A program made the translations under genes and the position numbers. From an uncultured Anaerolinea sp. (GTDB taxonomy: Bacteria > Chloroflexota > Anaerolineae > Anaerolineales > UBA4823): DNA of 64,000 bases. Every line of letters starts with the position of its first letter. Positions within the stretch are counted from its first letter, which is position 1. The notes beneath the pieces were generated by a model. That model had not been told where the DNA came from. It worked only from the letters and a program-made list of their open reading frames with translations, and made no database searches. Shown here piece after piece: positions 11,457-20,488 of this stretch. The stretch lies in assembly GCA_964503625.1 (NCBI GenBank), contig CAZDAU010000002.1, positions 32,768 to 96,767 of the forward strand. The letters run 5' to 3'.

Positions 11457-12362
11457 ATGAGCGAAGTGAAGCAGGAAGTTCAACGCTTTTACGATCAGGT
11501 GGGCTGGAAGCTGATCAGTGAGGATGTGTACCAGAACGCGCGCTACGAAGATCTGCGCCCGGTCTCTCGCCGATATATCCACGACTGCCATATGCGGGTG
11601 GCGCGTCACCTGAGAGTCCAGGGGCGGTACTTGCTTGACGCCGGTTCTGGTCCTGTGCAATACCCCGAATATCTGGAGTATTCGCGCAACTATAATTTTC
11701 GTGTATGCGCCGATATTTCTATCACCGCCTTGAAAGAGGCTCGTAAGCGCGTCGGTGAGCAAGGCCTTTTTGTCGTTGCGGATATTGCCAGCCTGCCCTT
11801 CAAGCCAGGCGTGTTCGATGGTGTGGTCACTCTGCATACCATCCATCACCTGCCCGAGGCGGAGCACCTGCCTGCCTTTGTGGAACTGTTCCGCGTGCTT
11901 GCGCCTGGCTGTTCGGCTGTGGTGGTTAACGGTTGGGATCACTCAAGCCTGATGGCGTTGGCCGAGCCTTTCGTGCGGTTGGGCAATTCCTTGCGCTACT
12001 TGTTTGACCGACTGGGCAGGCAGGAAAAACAGCCGGCGGCCGGCGAGATGCAACAACGCCGCGATCCAGCCAAGAGCAAAAAAACTCACAAGATTGAAAC
12101 GGGCAAGGGCACCTTCACCGAAAAGCACGACGCTGCCTGGATCAAGACCCAGGTGGGCCAGCACATGCCTATTGAGATCCTGGTCTGGCGCAGTGTGACC
12201 GTGCGCTTCATGCGTGCGCTGATCCATCCTCGCCTGGGTGGTCGCGCTGCGCTGGGCTTGCTGTTCTGGCTGGAGGAGCGCTTTCCACATTTCTTTGGCG
12301 AGAAGGGCAAGTATCCACTGATTGTGATTCGCAAACCCGAGGAGGCAACCGTCGCTCCATGA
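11457..12362 (+). CDS. Class I SAM-dependent methyltransferase
   Basis: Motif I LLDAGSGPVQ, then FVVADIASLPFKPGVFDGVVTLHTIHHL. The start is ATG 11457 or possibly ATG 11442, immediately after the upstream stop. Confidence 0.85.
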   Translation: MSEVKQEVQRFYDQVGWKLISEDVYQNARYEDLRPVSRRYIHDCHMRVARHLRVQGRYLLDAGSGPVQYPEYLEYSRNYNFRVCADISITALKEARKRVGEQGLFVVADIASLPFKPGVFDGVVTLHTIHHLPEAEHLPAFVELFRVLAPGCSAVVVNGWDHSSLMALAEPFVRLGNSLRYLFDRLGRQEKQPAAGEMQQRRDPAKSKKTHKIETGKGTFTEKHDAAWIKTQVGQHMPIEILVWRSVTVRFMRALIHPRLGGRAALGLLFWLEERFPHFFGEKGKYPLIVIRKPEEATVAP

Positions 12363-13357
12363 ACTGGAATCAAAAAGTCGTGCTGGTCACTGGCGGCACG
12401 GGATCGTTTGGCAAGAAATTTATCGAAATCATGCTGCGGGAGTACCGGCCAGCTAAATTGATTGTCTTCAGCCGGGACGAGCTCAAGCAGCATGAGATGC
12501 GCACCAGCGGCTTCGACCACCCCAGCCTGCGCTATTTCATTGGGGATGTGCGCGATCTACAGCGCCTGCGCCGCGCCATGCATGGGGTAGATGTGGTGAT
12601 CCATGCTGCGGCGCTCAAACAGGTGCCTGCCTGTGAATATAACCCCATGGAAGCCATCAAGACCAATATCCTGGGCAGCGGCAACGTGATCGATGCCGCT
12701 CTGGATGCTGGAGTCGAGAAGGTCATGGCCCTCAGCACCGATAAAGCCGTCAGCCCGGTCAATCTTTATGGGACGACCAAGCTGGCTGCAGAGAAGCTCT
12801 TTGTGCAGAGCAACTCCTACGCTGCCGGGACAAATACTCGCTTTAGCTGCGTGCGCTACGGGAATGTGGTTGGCAGCCGCGGCAGCGTGGTGCCTCTTTT
12901 CATCAAGCAGCGCGCTTCTGGCAAGCTGACGGTCACGGACCTGCGGATGACTCGCTTCTGGCTCACGCTGGAACAGGGTGTGCGGTTTGTTATCCGTTGT
13001 ACCGAGCTGATGCAGGGCGGCGAGGTCTTCGTGCCCAAGATTCCATCAACCCGCATTGTAGATCTGGCCAACGTGATTGCGCCGGACGCCGAGCTGGAAG
13101 TCATCGGCATTCGCCCCGGAGAAAAACTTCACGAATTGTTGATAAACGAAGACGAAGCCCGTTCCACCCTCGAGCGTCCGGATATGTTTGTTGTCACGCC
13201 CACGGCTACTCTGTGGCAGCGTGATCTAAAGTATGAAGGCAGTCCCCTTCCGGAGGGGTTTCGCTACGCCAGCGATACCAATCCGGAATGGTTGAGTGTG
13301 GAGCAAATCCGCGAATTTGTAGCGCCATTTGAAGAGAGTAACCTGATTGAAGTTTAG
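12359..13357 (+). CDS. pseB: UDP-N-acetylglucosamine 4,6-dehydratase (PseB/CapD-short type)
   Basis: KVVLVTGGTGSFGKKFIEIML...LIVFSRDELKQHEMR...LRYFIGDVRD...IHAAALKQVPACEYNPMEAIKTNILGSGNVIDAA...STDKAVSPVNLYGTTKLAAEKLF. This is closest to the PseB pattern. ATGA overlap with the upstream gene. Confidence 0.8.
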   Translation: MNWNQKVVLVTGGTGSFGKKFIEIMLREYRPAKLIVFSRDELKQHEMRTSGFDHPSLRYFIGDVRDLQRLRRAMHGVDVVIHAAALKQVPACEYNPMEAIKTNILGSGNVIDAALDAGVEKVMALSTDKAVSPVNLYGTTKLAAEKLFVQSNSYAAGTNTRFSCVRYGNVVGSRGSVVPLFIKQRASGKLTVTDLRMTRFWLTLEQGVRFVIRCTELMQGGEVFVPKIPSTRIVDLANVIAPDAELEVIGIRPGEKLHELLINEDEARSTLERPDMFVVTPTATLWQRDLKYEGSPLPEGFRYASDTNPEWLSVEQIREFVAPFEESNLIEV

Positions 13358-13416
13358 CCTGCCCTGAAAGGCAAAAAGATCAGGGTTTATCCTTGCCCCA
13401 ATTTGGGAGGCAGTCC

Positions 13417-14358
13417 GTGCGGAGTCGCCGCATCTTGGTCACCGGAGCCAGCGGACTGCTCGGCCTGAACACGGCGTTGGAGGCAGCCAAAGAACACGAT
13501 GTAGTTGGGCAGGTGAACAGCCACCCGCTACGCACCGATGCCTTTGACACGGTTCAAGCCGACCTTCTGGCTCCTGGCGCGCTCGAGCGCCTGCTGGACC
13601 AGGCCCAACCCGAGTGGGTCATCCACTGCGCTGCGCTGGCAAACGTGGACGCCTGTGAGACCGATCCGTTTCGGGCGCGCCAATTGAATAGTGAAATCCC
13701 CCGCCAACTGGCTGAGCTTGTCGCCAGGGGCGGAGCGCGCCTGTTGCACGTTTCTACCGATGCCGTGTTTGATGGCCAGCGCGGCGACTATACCGAAACA
13801 GACGCTCCCAACCCCCTGGGAATCTATGCCCAAACCAAGCTGGATGGCGAGCAAGGCGTGTTGGCCGCCAACCCAAAGGCGATTGTCGCCCGGGTCAACC
13901 TGTTCGGTTGGAGCCTGTCTGGCAAACGCAGCCTGGCTGAGTTCTTCTTCAGCAAGCTCTCGGCTGGCGAATCTTGCATGGGTTTTACCGATGTCTTCTT
14001 CTGCCCGATGCTGGCCAATGACCTGGGACAGGTGTTTTTGAGGATGCTTGACGCCGGTTTGAGCGGTTTGTATCATGCTGTTGGCAGCGAATGCATCAGC
14101 AAATACCAGTTTGGCCTGCGCATCGCCCGCCAGTTTGGGTTGGATGAGCGCCTGATCGCTCCCAAATCGGTTCAGGAGGGCGGCCTGAAAGCTGCCCGCT
14201 CTCCGAACCTCACCCTGCGCACGGCGAAGCTCTCCCAGGCTCTGGGAGAGCCTCTCCCAGGCTTATCCACCGGGCTGGAGAAGTTTTACAGGCTCTATCA
14301 ACAGGGTTATCCTGGTTGGATCAGCCAATTGCGGGAAAGCGGTGCACACCAAAAGTGA
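13417..14358 (+). CDS. RmlD-fold NAD(P)-dependent sugar-nucleotide reductase
   Basis: RILVTGASGLLG...VIHCAALANVDACETDP...LLHVSTDAVFDGQRGDYTETDAPNPLGIYAQTKLDGE. A GTG start at 13417 lies 6 nt after a GGGAGG Shine-Dalgarno; the ORF-track TTG start is 13393. Confidence 0.8.
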   Translation: MRSRRILVTGASGLLGLNTALEAAKEHDVVGQVNSHPLRTDAFDTVQADLLAPGALERLLDQAQPEWVIHCAALANVDACETDPFRARQLNSEIPRQLAELVARGGARLLHVSTDAVFDGQRGDYTETDAPNPLGIYAQTKLDGEQGVLAANPKAIVARVNLFGWSLSGKRSLAEFFFSKLSAGESCMGFTDVFFCPMLANDLGQVFLRMLDAGLSGLYHAVGSECISKYQFGLRIARQFGLDERLIAPKSVQEGGLKAARSPNLTLRTAKLSQALGEPLPGLSTGLEKFYRLYQQGYPGWISQLRESGAHQK

Positions 14359-14433
14359 ATCCTTGGTGATGATTGATCTCTTTGCGAACTTTGTGTTTTA
14401 CTCTAAATCTCTGCCCGGAGGCCTAAAGCTAGT

Positions 14434-15501
14434 ATGGAAATCCAAATTGGTTCACGCCTGATCGGTCCCAATCACCCTACCTACTTCATCGCCGACATTG
14501 CTGCCAACCATGACGGCGACCTGGAGCGCGCCAGGATGCTCATCCGCCTGGCAAAAGAAGCCGGGGCCGATGCCGCTAAGTTCCAGAATTTCAGCGCCCC
14601 CAAGATTGTCTCTGACTACGGTTTTCGACAGATGGGGGGTCAGGTCTCCCACCAGGCATCCTGGAAGAAGTCGGTCTTTGAGGTGTACCAGGCCGCCTCA
14701 ATCCCCTTCGAGTGGACCCTGGACCTGGGAGAGGAGTGCCAGAAGGTTGGCATCGATTATTTTTCCTCCCCATATGACTTTGAAGCCATCGATTGGCTGG
14801 ATCCCTACGTCAGGATGTACAAAGCCGGCTCGGGCGAGATCGACTGGATCGAAGCCCTGGAGCGCATGGCAAGCAAAGGCAAGCCGTTCTTTGTTGCCAC
14901 TGGCGCCTCAACCATCGGAGAGGTGCAGCGCGCCGTGCATGCCATCCTGAAGCTCAACAAGCAGCTGGTGCTTATGCAATGCAACACCAACTACACCGCC
15001 AGCCCCGATAATTATGATCACCTGCACCTGAATGTGCTCAAGACCTATGCTGCCATGTTTCCCGATGTGATCTTGGGTCTATCGGATCACACCCACGCCT
15101 TGGCCCCTGTGCTGGGCGCTGTGACGCTGGGGGCGCGGGTGATTGAGCGCCACTTTACCGACAGCAACGACCGCGAAGGCCCAGATCACAAGTTTGCCAT
15201 GAACCCGGAGAATTGGGCGCGGATGGTTGAAGAGACCCGCCTGCTGGAGCGCGCCCTCGGCTCTGGCGATAAATTCATCACCCCCAACGAAACCGAAACC
15301 GCCGTGGTCCAGCGCCGTTGCCTGCGCGCCGCCCGAGATATCCGCGCTGGTGAGGTCTTCACCCGGGATATGATCGACGTGCTGCGCCCTGCCACCCCCG
15401 GGGCGATCAAGCCTTCAGAGATCGACGCCGTGATTGGGACGAGGGCCTTGCACGAGTTGCCTTTTGGCAAGGAATTGCGCTGGACAGATTTAGGGGCATG
15501 A
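14434..15501 (+). CDS. NeuB-family ulosonic (nonulosonic) acid synthase with C-terminal SAF domain
   Basis: IGPNHPTYFIADIAANHDGDLERARMLIRLAKEAGADAAKFQNF, then LGLSDHT and VIERHFT, then SAF-like CLRAARDIRAGEVFTRDMIDVLRP. The family is NeuB/PseI/LegI; the substrate cannot be assigned. Confidence 0.85.
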   Translation: MEIQIGSRLIGPNHPTYFIADIAANHDGDLERARMLIRLAKEAGADAAKFQNFSAPKIVSDYGFRQMGGQVSHQASWKKSVFEVYQAASIPFEWTLDLGEECQKVGIDYFSSPYDFEAIDWLDPYVRMYKAGSGEIDWIEALERMASKGKPFFVATGASTIGEVQRAVHAILKLNKQLVLMQCNTNYTASPDNYDHLHLNVLKTYAAMFPDVILGLSDHTHALAPVLGAVTLGARVIERHFTDSNDREGPDHKFAMNPENWARMVEETRLLERALGSGDKFITPNETETAVVQRRCLRAARDIRAGEVFTRDMIDVLRPATPGAIKPSEIDAVIGTRALHELPFGKELRWTDLGA

Positions 15502-15548
15502 TGCTGTGTTTTTGTTGATGCGGGCCGGGCGAAAAAACCAAACCGCTG

Positions 15549-16706
15549 ATGAAAATTTTATACTTCACCCGCGACTATACCAGCCATGATTACCGCTTCC
15601 TGGACAGGCTGGCAAAGTCGGGCCATGCAATCTACTACTTGCGGCTCGAGCGGCGTGGGCATGTTTTGGAAGATCGCCCGCTGCCGCCAGAGGTGGAAAT
15701 TGTGCATTGGATGGGGGGGCAGTCACCGGCTCGCTTATCCAACGGCCCGCGCCTTCTATTGGGTTTGAGGCGAGTCATCCGCAACCTGCAACCGGACATC
15801 CTGCATGCAGGGCCCTTGCAGCGCTCGGCTTTCCTGGCCGCGCTGACCGGCTTCCAGCCGCTGGTGAGCATGTCTTGGGGCTATGACTTGCTCCAAGACG
15901 CGCAGCGCAACGCCGCCTGGCGCTGGGCAACGCGTTACACCCTGCAGCACAGCGCGGCCCTGGTTGGCGACTGCGAAACCATCCGCCAGTTGGCGATCTC
16001 TTATGGTATGCCTGCTGATCGGATTGTCACCTTCCCCTGGGGGGTGGACCTGGAGCACTTTTCACCTGGGGATCGTTGGACCAGGCCAAACCAACCGCAG
16101 CCGGAGGCTATTGAAAAGCCCTTTACCCTGCTCTCCACCCGCAATTGGGAGCCAATCTATGGTGTGGAGACCATTGCCCGGGCCTTTGTGCAGGCCGCCC
16201 GCCAGCAGCCGGAGTTGCAGTTGGTCATGTTGGGCAACGGCTCGCAGGCAGGTTTGTTGCGCCAGGTCTTATCCCGAGAGGGTTTGCTGGATGGGCCAGG
16301 CGCAGGCAATTACCCTCGGGTATTGTTGCCCGGCCAGGTGACCTATGCCGACCTGCCGCGGTTTTATCGCCTGGCTGATTTATATGTTGCTGCAACCCAC
16401 AGCGACGGCACATCCATATCTCTATTGGAAGCGATGGCTTGCGGCTGCCCGGCGCTGGTCTCGGATATCCCAGGCAACCGTGAGTGGATTGCGCCAGGCG
16501 AAAATGGCTGGCTCACGCCGGTTGGGAATGTGGATGCCCTGGCGCAAGCGATGCTGCGGGCTGTGGAAACACGCCGCAACCTGCCCGAGATGGGGCGTGC
16601 TGCCCGGGCCCTGGCAGAGCAGCGCGCCGACTGGAACGCGAATTTCCCCCGGCTTTTTGAGGCTTATCGGCTTGCCCGCACAATTGGCATGAAACACAGG
16701 CGATGA
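15549..16706 (+). CDS. Glycosyltransferase, GT4/group-1 family
   Basis: N-terminus MKILYFTRDYTSHDYRF. C-domain ADLYVAATHSDGTSISLLEAMACGCPALVSDIPGNREWIAPGENGWL (E-x7-E region). Confidence 0.85.
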   Translation: MKILYFTRDYTSHDYRFLDRLAKSGHAIYYLRLERRGHVLEDRPLPPEVEIVHWMGGQSPARLSNGPRLLLGLRRVIRNLQPDILHAGPLQRSAFLAALTGFQPLVSMSWGYDLLQDAQRNAAWRWATRYTLQHSAALVGDCETIRQLAISYGMPADRIVTFPWGVDLEHFSPGDRWTRPNQPQPEAIEKPFTLLSTRNWEPIYGVETIARAFVQAARQQPELQLVMLGNGSQAGLLRQVLSREGLLDGPGAGNYPRVLLPGQVTYADLPRFYRLADLYVAATHSDGTSISLLEAMACGCPALVSDIPGNREWIAPGENGWLTPVGNVDALAQAMLRAVETRRNLPEMGRAARALAEQRADWNANFPRLFEAYRLARTIGMKHRR

Positions 16707-17521
16707 AATTGTCCCAGACTGTTGCTATCATACAAGCCCGAATGGGTTCCTCCCGCCTGCCTGGCAAAGTGCTGCTCGATATTGCCGGGCAACCGATGCT
16801 GGGCCGCGTGGTTGAGCGGACGCGCCAGGCAAAGACCATCGATCAGGTGATTGTTGCCACAACCGTCGAGCCAGGCGACGACCCGGTGGCTGACTATTGT
16901 GACGCCCACGGATACCCGGTCTATCGCGGCAGCCTGCACGACGTGCTCGATCGTTACTACCAGGCGGCCCGTTGGTCCGCAGCAGAAACTGTGGTGCGCA
17001 TCACCGCCGATTGTCCTCTAATCGATCCTGAGGTTGTCGACCGGACTGTCCAGGCTTTTCATGGGGCAGATCTGCCGCATTTGCAATGCCTGAACCCTGG
17101 TTTGCCGGGCGGCTACGCGTTTTGCGCCAACCGCTTGCCGCCGCCCTGGGGGCGCACCTACCCCATTGGCCTGGATACAGAGGTTTGCGCATTCACCGAC
17201 CTGGAGACTATTTGGAAAGAAGCCCAGGAGCCGCATCAACGCGAGCATGTGATGCCCTTTTTTTATGATCACCAGGAACGCTTTAAGATCCTGCTGGTGC
17301 ATCACGAAACGGATTACGGCGCTTTGCGGCTGACCGTCGATACTGCTCAAGATTTAGAGCTGGTTCGTCAGGTCTTTGCCCGCTTTCCTGGGCGCGACGA
17401 CTTCTCCTGGCTGGATGTTGTGGCTTTGCTTGAGCGCGAGCCTGCTCTGCTGGCCATCAATGCCCAGGTGCAGCACAAACATTATCGCCAGGTGGATGAG
17501 CGGCGCGCTCACCTCGGATAA
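16703..17521 (+). CDS. SpsF-type cytidylyltransferase (CMP-Kdo-synthetase homolog)
   Basis: VAIIQARMGSSRLPGKVLLDIAGQPMLGRVVERTRQAKTIDQVIVATT...YRGSLHDVLDRYYQAA...VVRITADCPLIDP. ATGA overlap with the upstream gene. Confidence 0.8.
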   Translation: MKLSQTVAIIQARMGSSRLPGKVLLDIAGQPMLGRVVERTRQAKTIDQVIVATTVEPGDDPVADYCDAHGYPVYRGSLHDVLDRYYQAARWSAAETVVRITADCPLIDPEVVDRTVQAFHGADLPHLQCLNPGLPGGYAFCANRLPPPWGRTYPIGLDTEVCAFTDLETIWKEAQEPHQREHVMPFFYDHQERFKILLVHHETDYGALRLTVDTAQDLELVRQVFARFPGRDDFSWLDVVALLEREPALLAINAQVQHKHYRQVDERRAHLG

Positions 17522-17526
17522 AGACC

Positions 17527-18438
17527 ATGCCTGGAAAAACACCTTTTCTGGCTCTGTTTTCTGCTCCCAAACCTTTCACCAACCCCCATATCGCCATCAT
17601 CCAGCGCAACGCAGTTCAGTCCTGGCTGCACCTGGGCCCGGACGTGGAAGCGATGCTGGTTGGCGAAGAGGCCGGGATGGCCGAAGTTGCCCGGGAGTAT
17701 GGTATCCGCTGGTTGGCGGATGTGCAACGCACGGAATCTGGGACGCCATTGGTCAGCTCGATCTTTGCCCTGGCGCGCCAGGCGAGCGATTGTCCATTTT
17801 TGGGTTATGTCAATGGCGATATTCTGGTCTTGCCGGATATTTTGGAAGCCACCCGCCAGATTTCCGCTCAGGTCAGCGGGCCGTTCCTGCTGATCGGCCA
17901 GCGCTGGGATCTCGATGTGATCGAGCTGCTCGATTTTTCACCAGGCTGGGAGGCGCGACTGCGCGCCGATGTCAGGGCGCGCGGCCGGTTGCACCGCCCG
18001 GCTGGCAGTGATTACTTTGTCTTTCCCCGCTCGGCATTTACCGAGATGCCCGACTTCGCTATTGGGCGCGCCGGCTGGGACAACTGGATGATCTACCATG
18101 CCCGCCGGCAGAGCTGGCCGGTGATCGATGGCACGCCTTCCGTAATGATTGTGCACCAGAGCCACGACTACAGTCACCTGCCCGGCGGTAAGCCGCATTA
18201 TAACCACCAGGAAAGCCAGCAAAACATGGCTAAGGCGGGCGGACAGGCGAATATGTACATGGTGCTGGATTCGGATCGTCAATTGAAAGGCGGCCGGGTG
18301 CAGCGCCCCCCATTGACCACCTTGCGGGCTTTGCGCACAGTTGAGCGCTGGCTGATGCCCAGCGACGGCAGTCTGCGCGGGATGCGCGGCGCCCTCACCC
18401 GGCAATTTCGCCGTATGCGCAGAAGGTTATACGGATAG
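17527..18438 (+). CDS. Hypothetical protein, possibly a GT-A-fold glycosyltransferase
   Basis: 303-aa ORF in an operonic position. FLGYVNGDILVLPD (DxD-like) and GSDYFVFPRSAF...GRAGWDNWMIYHA suggest a nucleotide-sugar transferase fold. Family not recognised. Confidence 0.45.
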   Translation: MPGKTPFLALFSAPKPFTNPHIAIIQRNAVQSWLHLGPDVEAMLVGEEAGMAEVAREYGIRWLADVQRTESGTPLVSSIFALARQASDCPFLGYVNGDILVLPDILEATRQISAQVSGPFLLIGQRWDLDVIELLDFSPGWEARLRADVRARGRLHRPAGSDYFVFPRSAFTEMPDFAIGRAGWDNWMIYHARRQSWPVIDGTPSVMIVHQSHDYSHLPGGKPHYNHQESQQNMAKAGGQANMYMVLDSDRQLKGGRVQRPPLTTLRALRTVERWLMPSDGSLRGMRGALTRQFRRMRRRLYG

Positions 18439-18440
18439 CT

Positions 18441-19451
18441 ATGGCGCGAATAGGCATCAACCCGGCGCGTGGCAAGGTAACCGATCGCCGCCCGGAGCGC
18501 GTGACGGTGGCAATGGTGACCTATATCCCAAATCTTTCGGGCTACTTCGAGCACCGCCTGGATGTGCTCAAGCTGGTGTTTGCCAGTTTGGCGGCGCACA
18601 CCGAACCACCGCATGACGTGATGATCTTCGACAACGCCAGTTGCCCGCAGGTGGTGGCCTACTTGCGCCAGATGCAAGAGCAAGGCCTGATCGACTACCT
18701 GATCCTCTCTCAGCGCAACATTGGCAAGATCGATGCGCTGCGTGTACTTTTCAACGCTGCGCCGGGCGAGATCATTGCTTACAGCGACGATGATATCCTG
18801 TTCTACCCCGGTTGGTTGGAGGCGCACCTGGAAGTGTTGGAAAGTTTTCCCAATGTGGGTATGGTGAGCGGTGTTGCTGTGCGCAATGCCGCCGGACATG
18901 CCCACCGAAGCCTGGATCGCCTGGCTGACCAGGGCGCGCCGGGATTGGCTGCTTCCCGCCAACGGCGCATTCCCGACGCCTGGGAAGCCGATTGGGCTGC
19001 CAGCACTGGGCGCGACCCAGAAGTTCATCTTCAGGCCACCCGGGAGCACCTCGACCTGGTTTTTCGCCTGGAAAAACCGGCTGGTGGGGTGTGCGAAGCC
19101 ATCGGTTCGGCCAACCATTTCCAGTTTGTCACCCCCAAGCGCGTGATCTTGCAGGCTTTGCCCTCCAACTGGACGGGCAAGCTGATGGGTTCCATGATCG
19201 AACTGGATGAGGCCGTGGATGAGCTGGGCTGCCTGCGCCTTTCCACCGTGGGGCGTTATGTCCGCCACCTGGGCAATGCGCTCAGCGCAGATGTCATTGC
19301 CGATGCCCAGGCGTTGGGGCTGGCGGTCCAGGCTGGCGCTGTGCTGGTCCCTGGAAAACGCAGGCGCAAGCACTGGTTTCTGCGCCTGCCCGGCGGCCGG
19401 CGGCTGCTGTCAGGGCTGTACCAGCGCCTGTTTAAGATCCTGTACGCCTGA
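18441..19451 (+). CDS. Glycosyltransferase family 2
   Basis: VTVAMVTYIPNL...DVMIFDNASCPQVVAYL...IIAYSDDDILFYPGWLEAH (GT-A with DDD motif). Confidence 0.8.
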   Translation: MARIGINPARGKVTDRRPERVTVAMVTYIPNLSGYFEHRLDVLKLVFASLAAHTEPPHDVMIFDNASCPQVVAYLRQMQEQGLIDYLILSQRNIGKIDALRVLFNAAPGEIIAYSDDDILFYPGWLEAHLEVLESFPNVGMVSGVAVRNAAGHAHRSLDRLADQGAPGLAASRQRRIPDAWEADWAASTGRDPEVHLQATREHLDLVFRLEKPAGGVCEAIGSANHFQFVTPKRVILQALPSNWTGKLMGSMIELDEAVDELGCLRLSTVGRYVRHLGNALSADVIADAQALGLAVQAGAVLVPGKRRRKHWFLRLPGGRRLLSGLYQRLFKILYA

Positions 19452-19453
19452 AA

Positions 19454-20476
19454 ATGGCTGCCGAGCTGCGCGATTCCCCGGTCTTCATCTGCGGTCATCC
19501 CAAGGCGGGCACCAGCCTGCTGCGAGCGATCTTTGATTCCCATCCGCAGCTGGTAGTTTATCCGGAGGAGACCGTGTTCTTCCGCCGATTCCTTCCCCGT
19601 TCTAAAGATCTGGATTTGCAGGGGCTGCTGGCGCTGGCGGAGGAGACTTTGATCCACATTTTCCGCTGGCGTCGAGATAAGCCGGATGCCAGCCAGTCCG
19701 GTTTTCCTGATCGGGACTATTCGACGATCTCGTATGATCAGGTCAACCGGGCGATGCGCCGGTTGGCAGGCGAGCGCTGCCGGCACGCTGGCGATATTCT
19801 TTCGGCGGCGGTGCTGGCTTATGGGCAGGTGAGCGATTTGGCGACCCCATCCACTCGCGCCTGGGTGGAAAAATCGCCCTACAACGAATATTATGCTGAG
19901 CAGATTTTTGCCTGGTGGCCCGGGGCGCTGTGTATTCATATCCTGCGCGACCCGCGGGATAACTACGTCTCTTACCGCCGCAAGCACCCTGACTGGCGGG
20001 CGGAATTTTTTGCTGCCAACTGGCGGCGCTCCACCCGCGTCGGTCAGGTGAACCAGCAGCGCTTTGGTTCGCAGCGTTATCACATGCTTCGCTACGAAGA
20101 CCTGGTGCAATCGCCTGAAGTGACGCTGAGCAAGTTGGCCGCCTTTCTGGGAATTGAATGGGATCCATCTTTGGCCGACCCAACCCGTGCTGGCGAGCAA
20201 TGGGCTGGTAATTCGATGTTTGCCGACCAGTTCCGAGGCATCAGCGCAGCGCCGGTGGCGCGCTGGCATGAGAAGCTTTCCCTGGAAGATGCGGCGGTTA
20301 TTGAGCAAATGGCGGGCCAACAGATGGAAATCTATGGTTACGCACGTGAAATTGCCGGCGCTGCCGCGCTGGTTGCCCGCGGGCGCGCCCTTGCCTGGCC
20401 ATTGCGCCGCCGGCTTTCCCGCTTGTTGCAGCCGGCGCCCACGCTGGACCACTCAAACGATCGCACGGATGAGTGA
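19454..20476 (+). CDS. Sulfotransferase (ST1)
   Basis: 5'-phosphosulfate-binding loop ICGHPKAGTSLL and 3'-phosphate-binding region HILRDPRDNYVSYRRK. Confidence 0.85.
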   Translation: MAAELRDSPVFICGHPKAGTSLLRAIFDSHPQLVVYPEETVFFRRFLPRSKDLDLQGLLALAEETLIHIFRWRRDKPDASQSGFPDRDYSTISYDQVNRAMRRLAGERCRHAGDILSAAVLAYGQVSDLATPSTRAWVEKSPYNEYYAEQIFAWWPGALCIHILRDPRDNYVSYRRKHPDWRAEFFAANWRRSTRVGQVNQQRFGSQRYHMLRYEDLVQSPEVTLSKLAAFLGIEWDPSLADPTRAGEQWAGNSMFADQFRGISAAPVARWHEKLSLEDAAVIEQMAGQQMEIYGYAREIAGAAALVARGRALAWPLRRRLSRLLQPAPTLDHSNDRTDE

Positions 20477-20488
20477 TCATCACCGTGC

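Noticed and set aside
11688-11697. Other TATAAT hexamers inside genes, for example near 11691, 25868 and 51993.
   Set aside because: - They are not preceded by TGn and are not at gene junctions.
- They sit within well-supported coding sequence and are most simply explained as codon content.
12359-14358. Alternative reading of the PseB-like + RmlD-like pair as the FnlA/FnlB (CapE/CapF, WbjB/WbjC) L-FucNAc pathway.
   Set aside because: - Not fully excluded, but three points argue against it.
- The dehydratase N-terminus (SRDELKQHEM, RYFIGDVRD) looks more PseB-like.
- The reductase lacks the extra C-terminal cupin-like part of CapF/WbjC.
- No FnlC/WbjD 2-epimerase is present.
- The adjacent NeuB favours a nonulosonate route.
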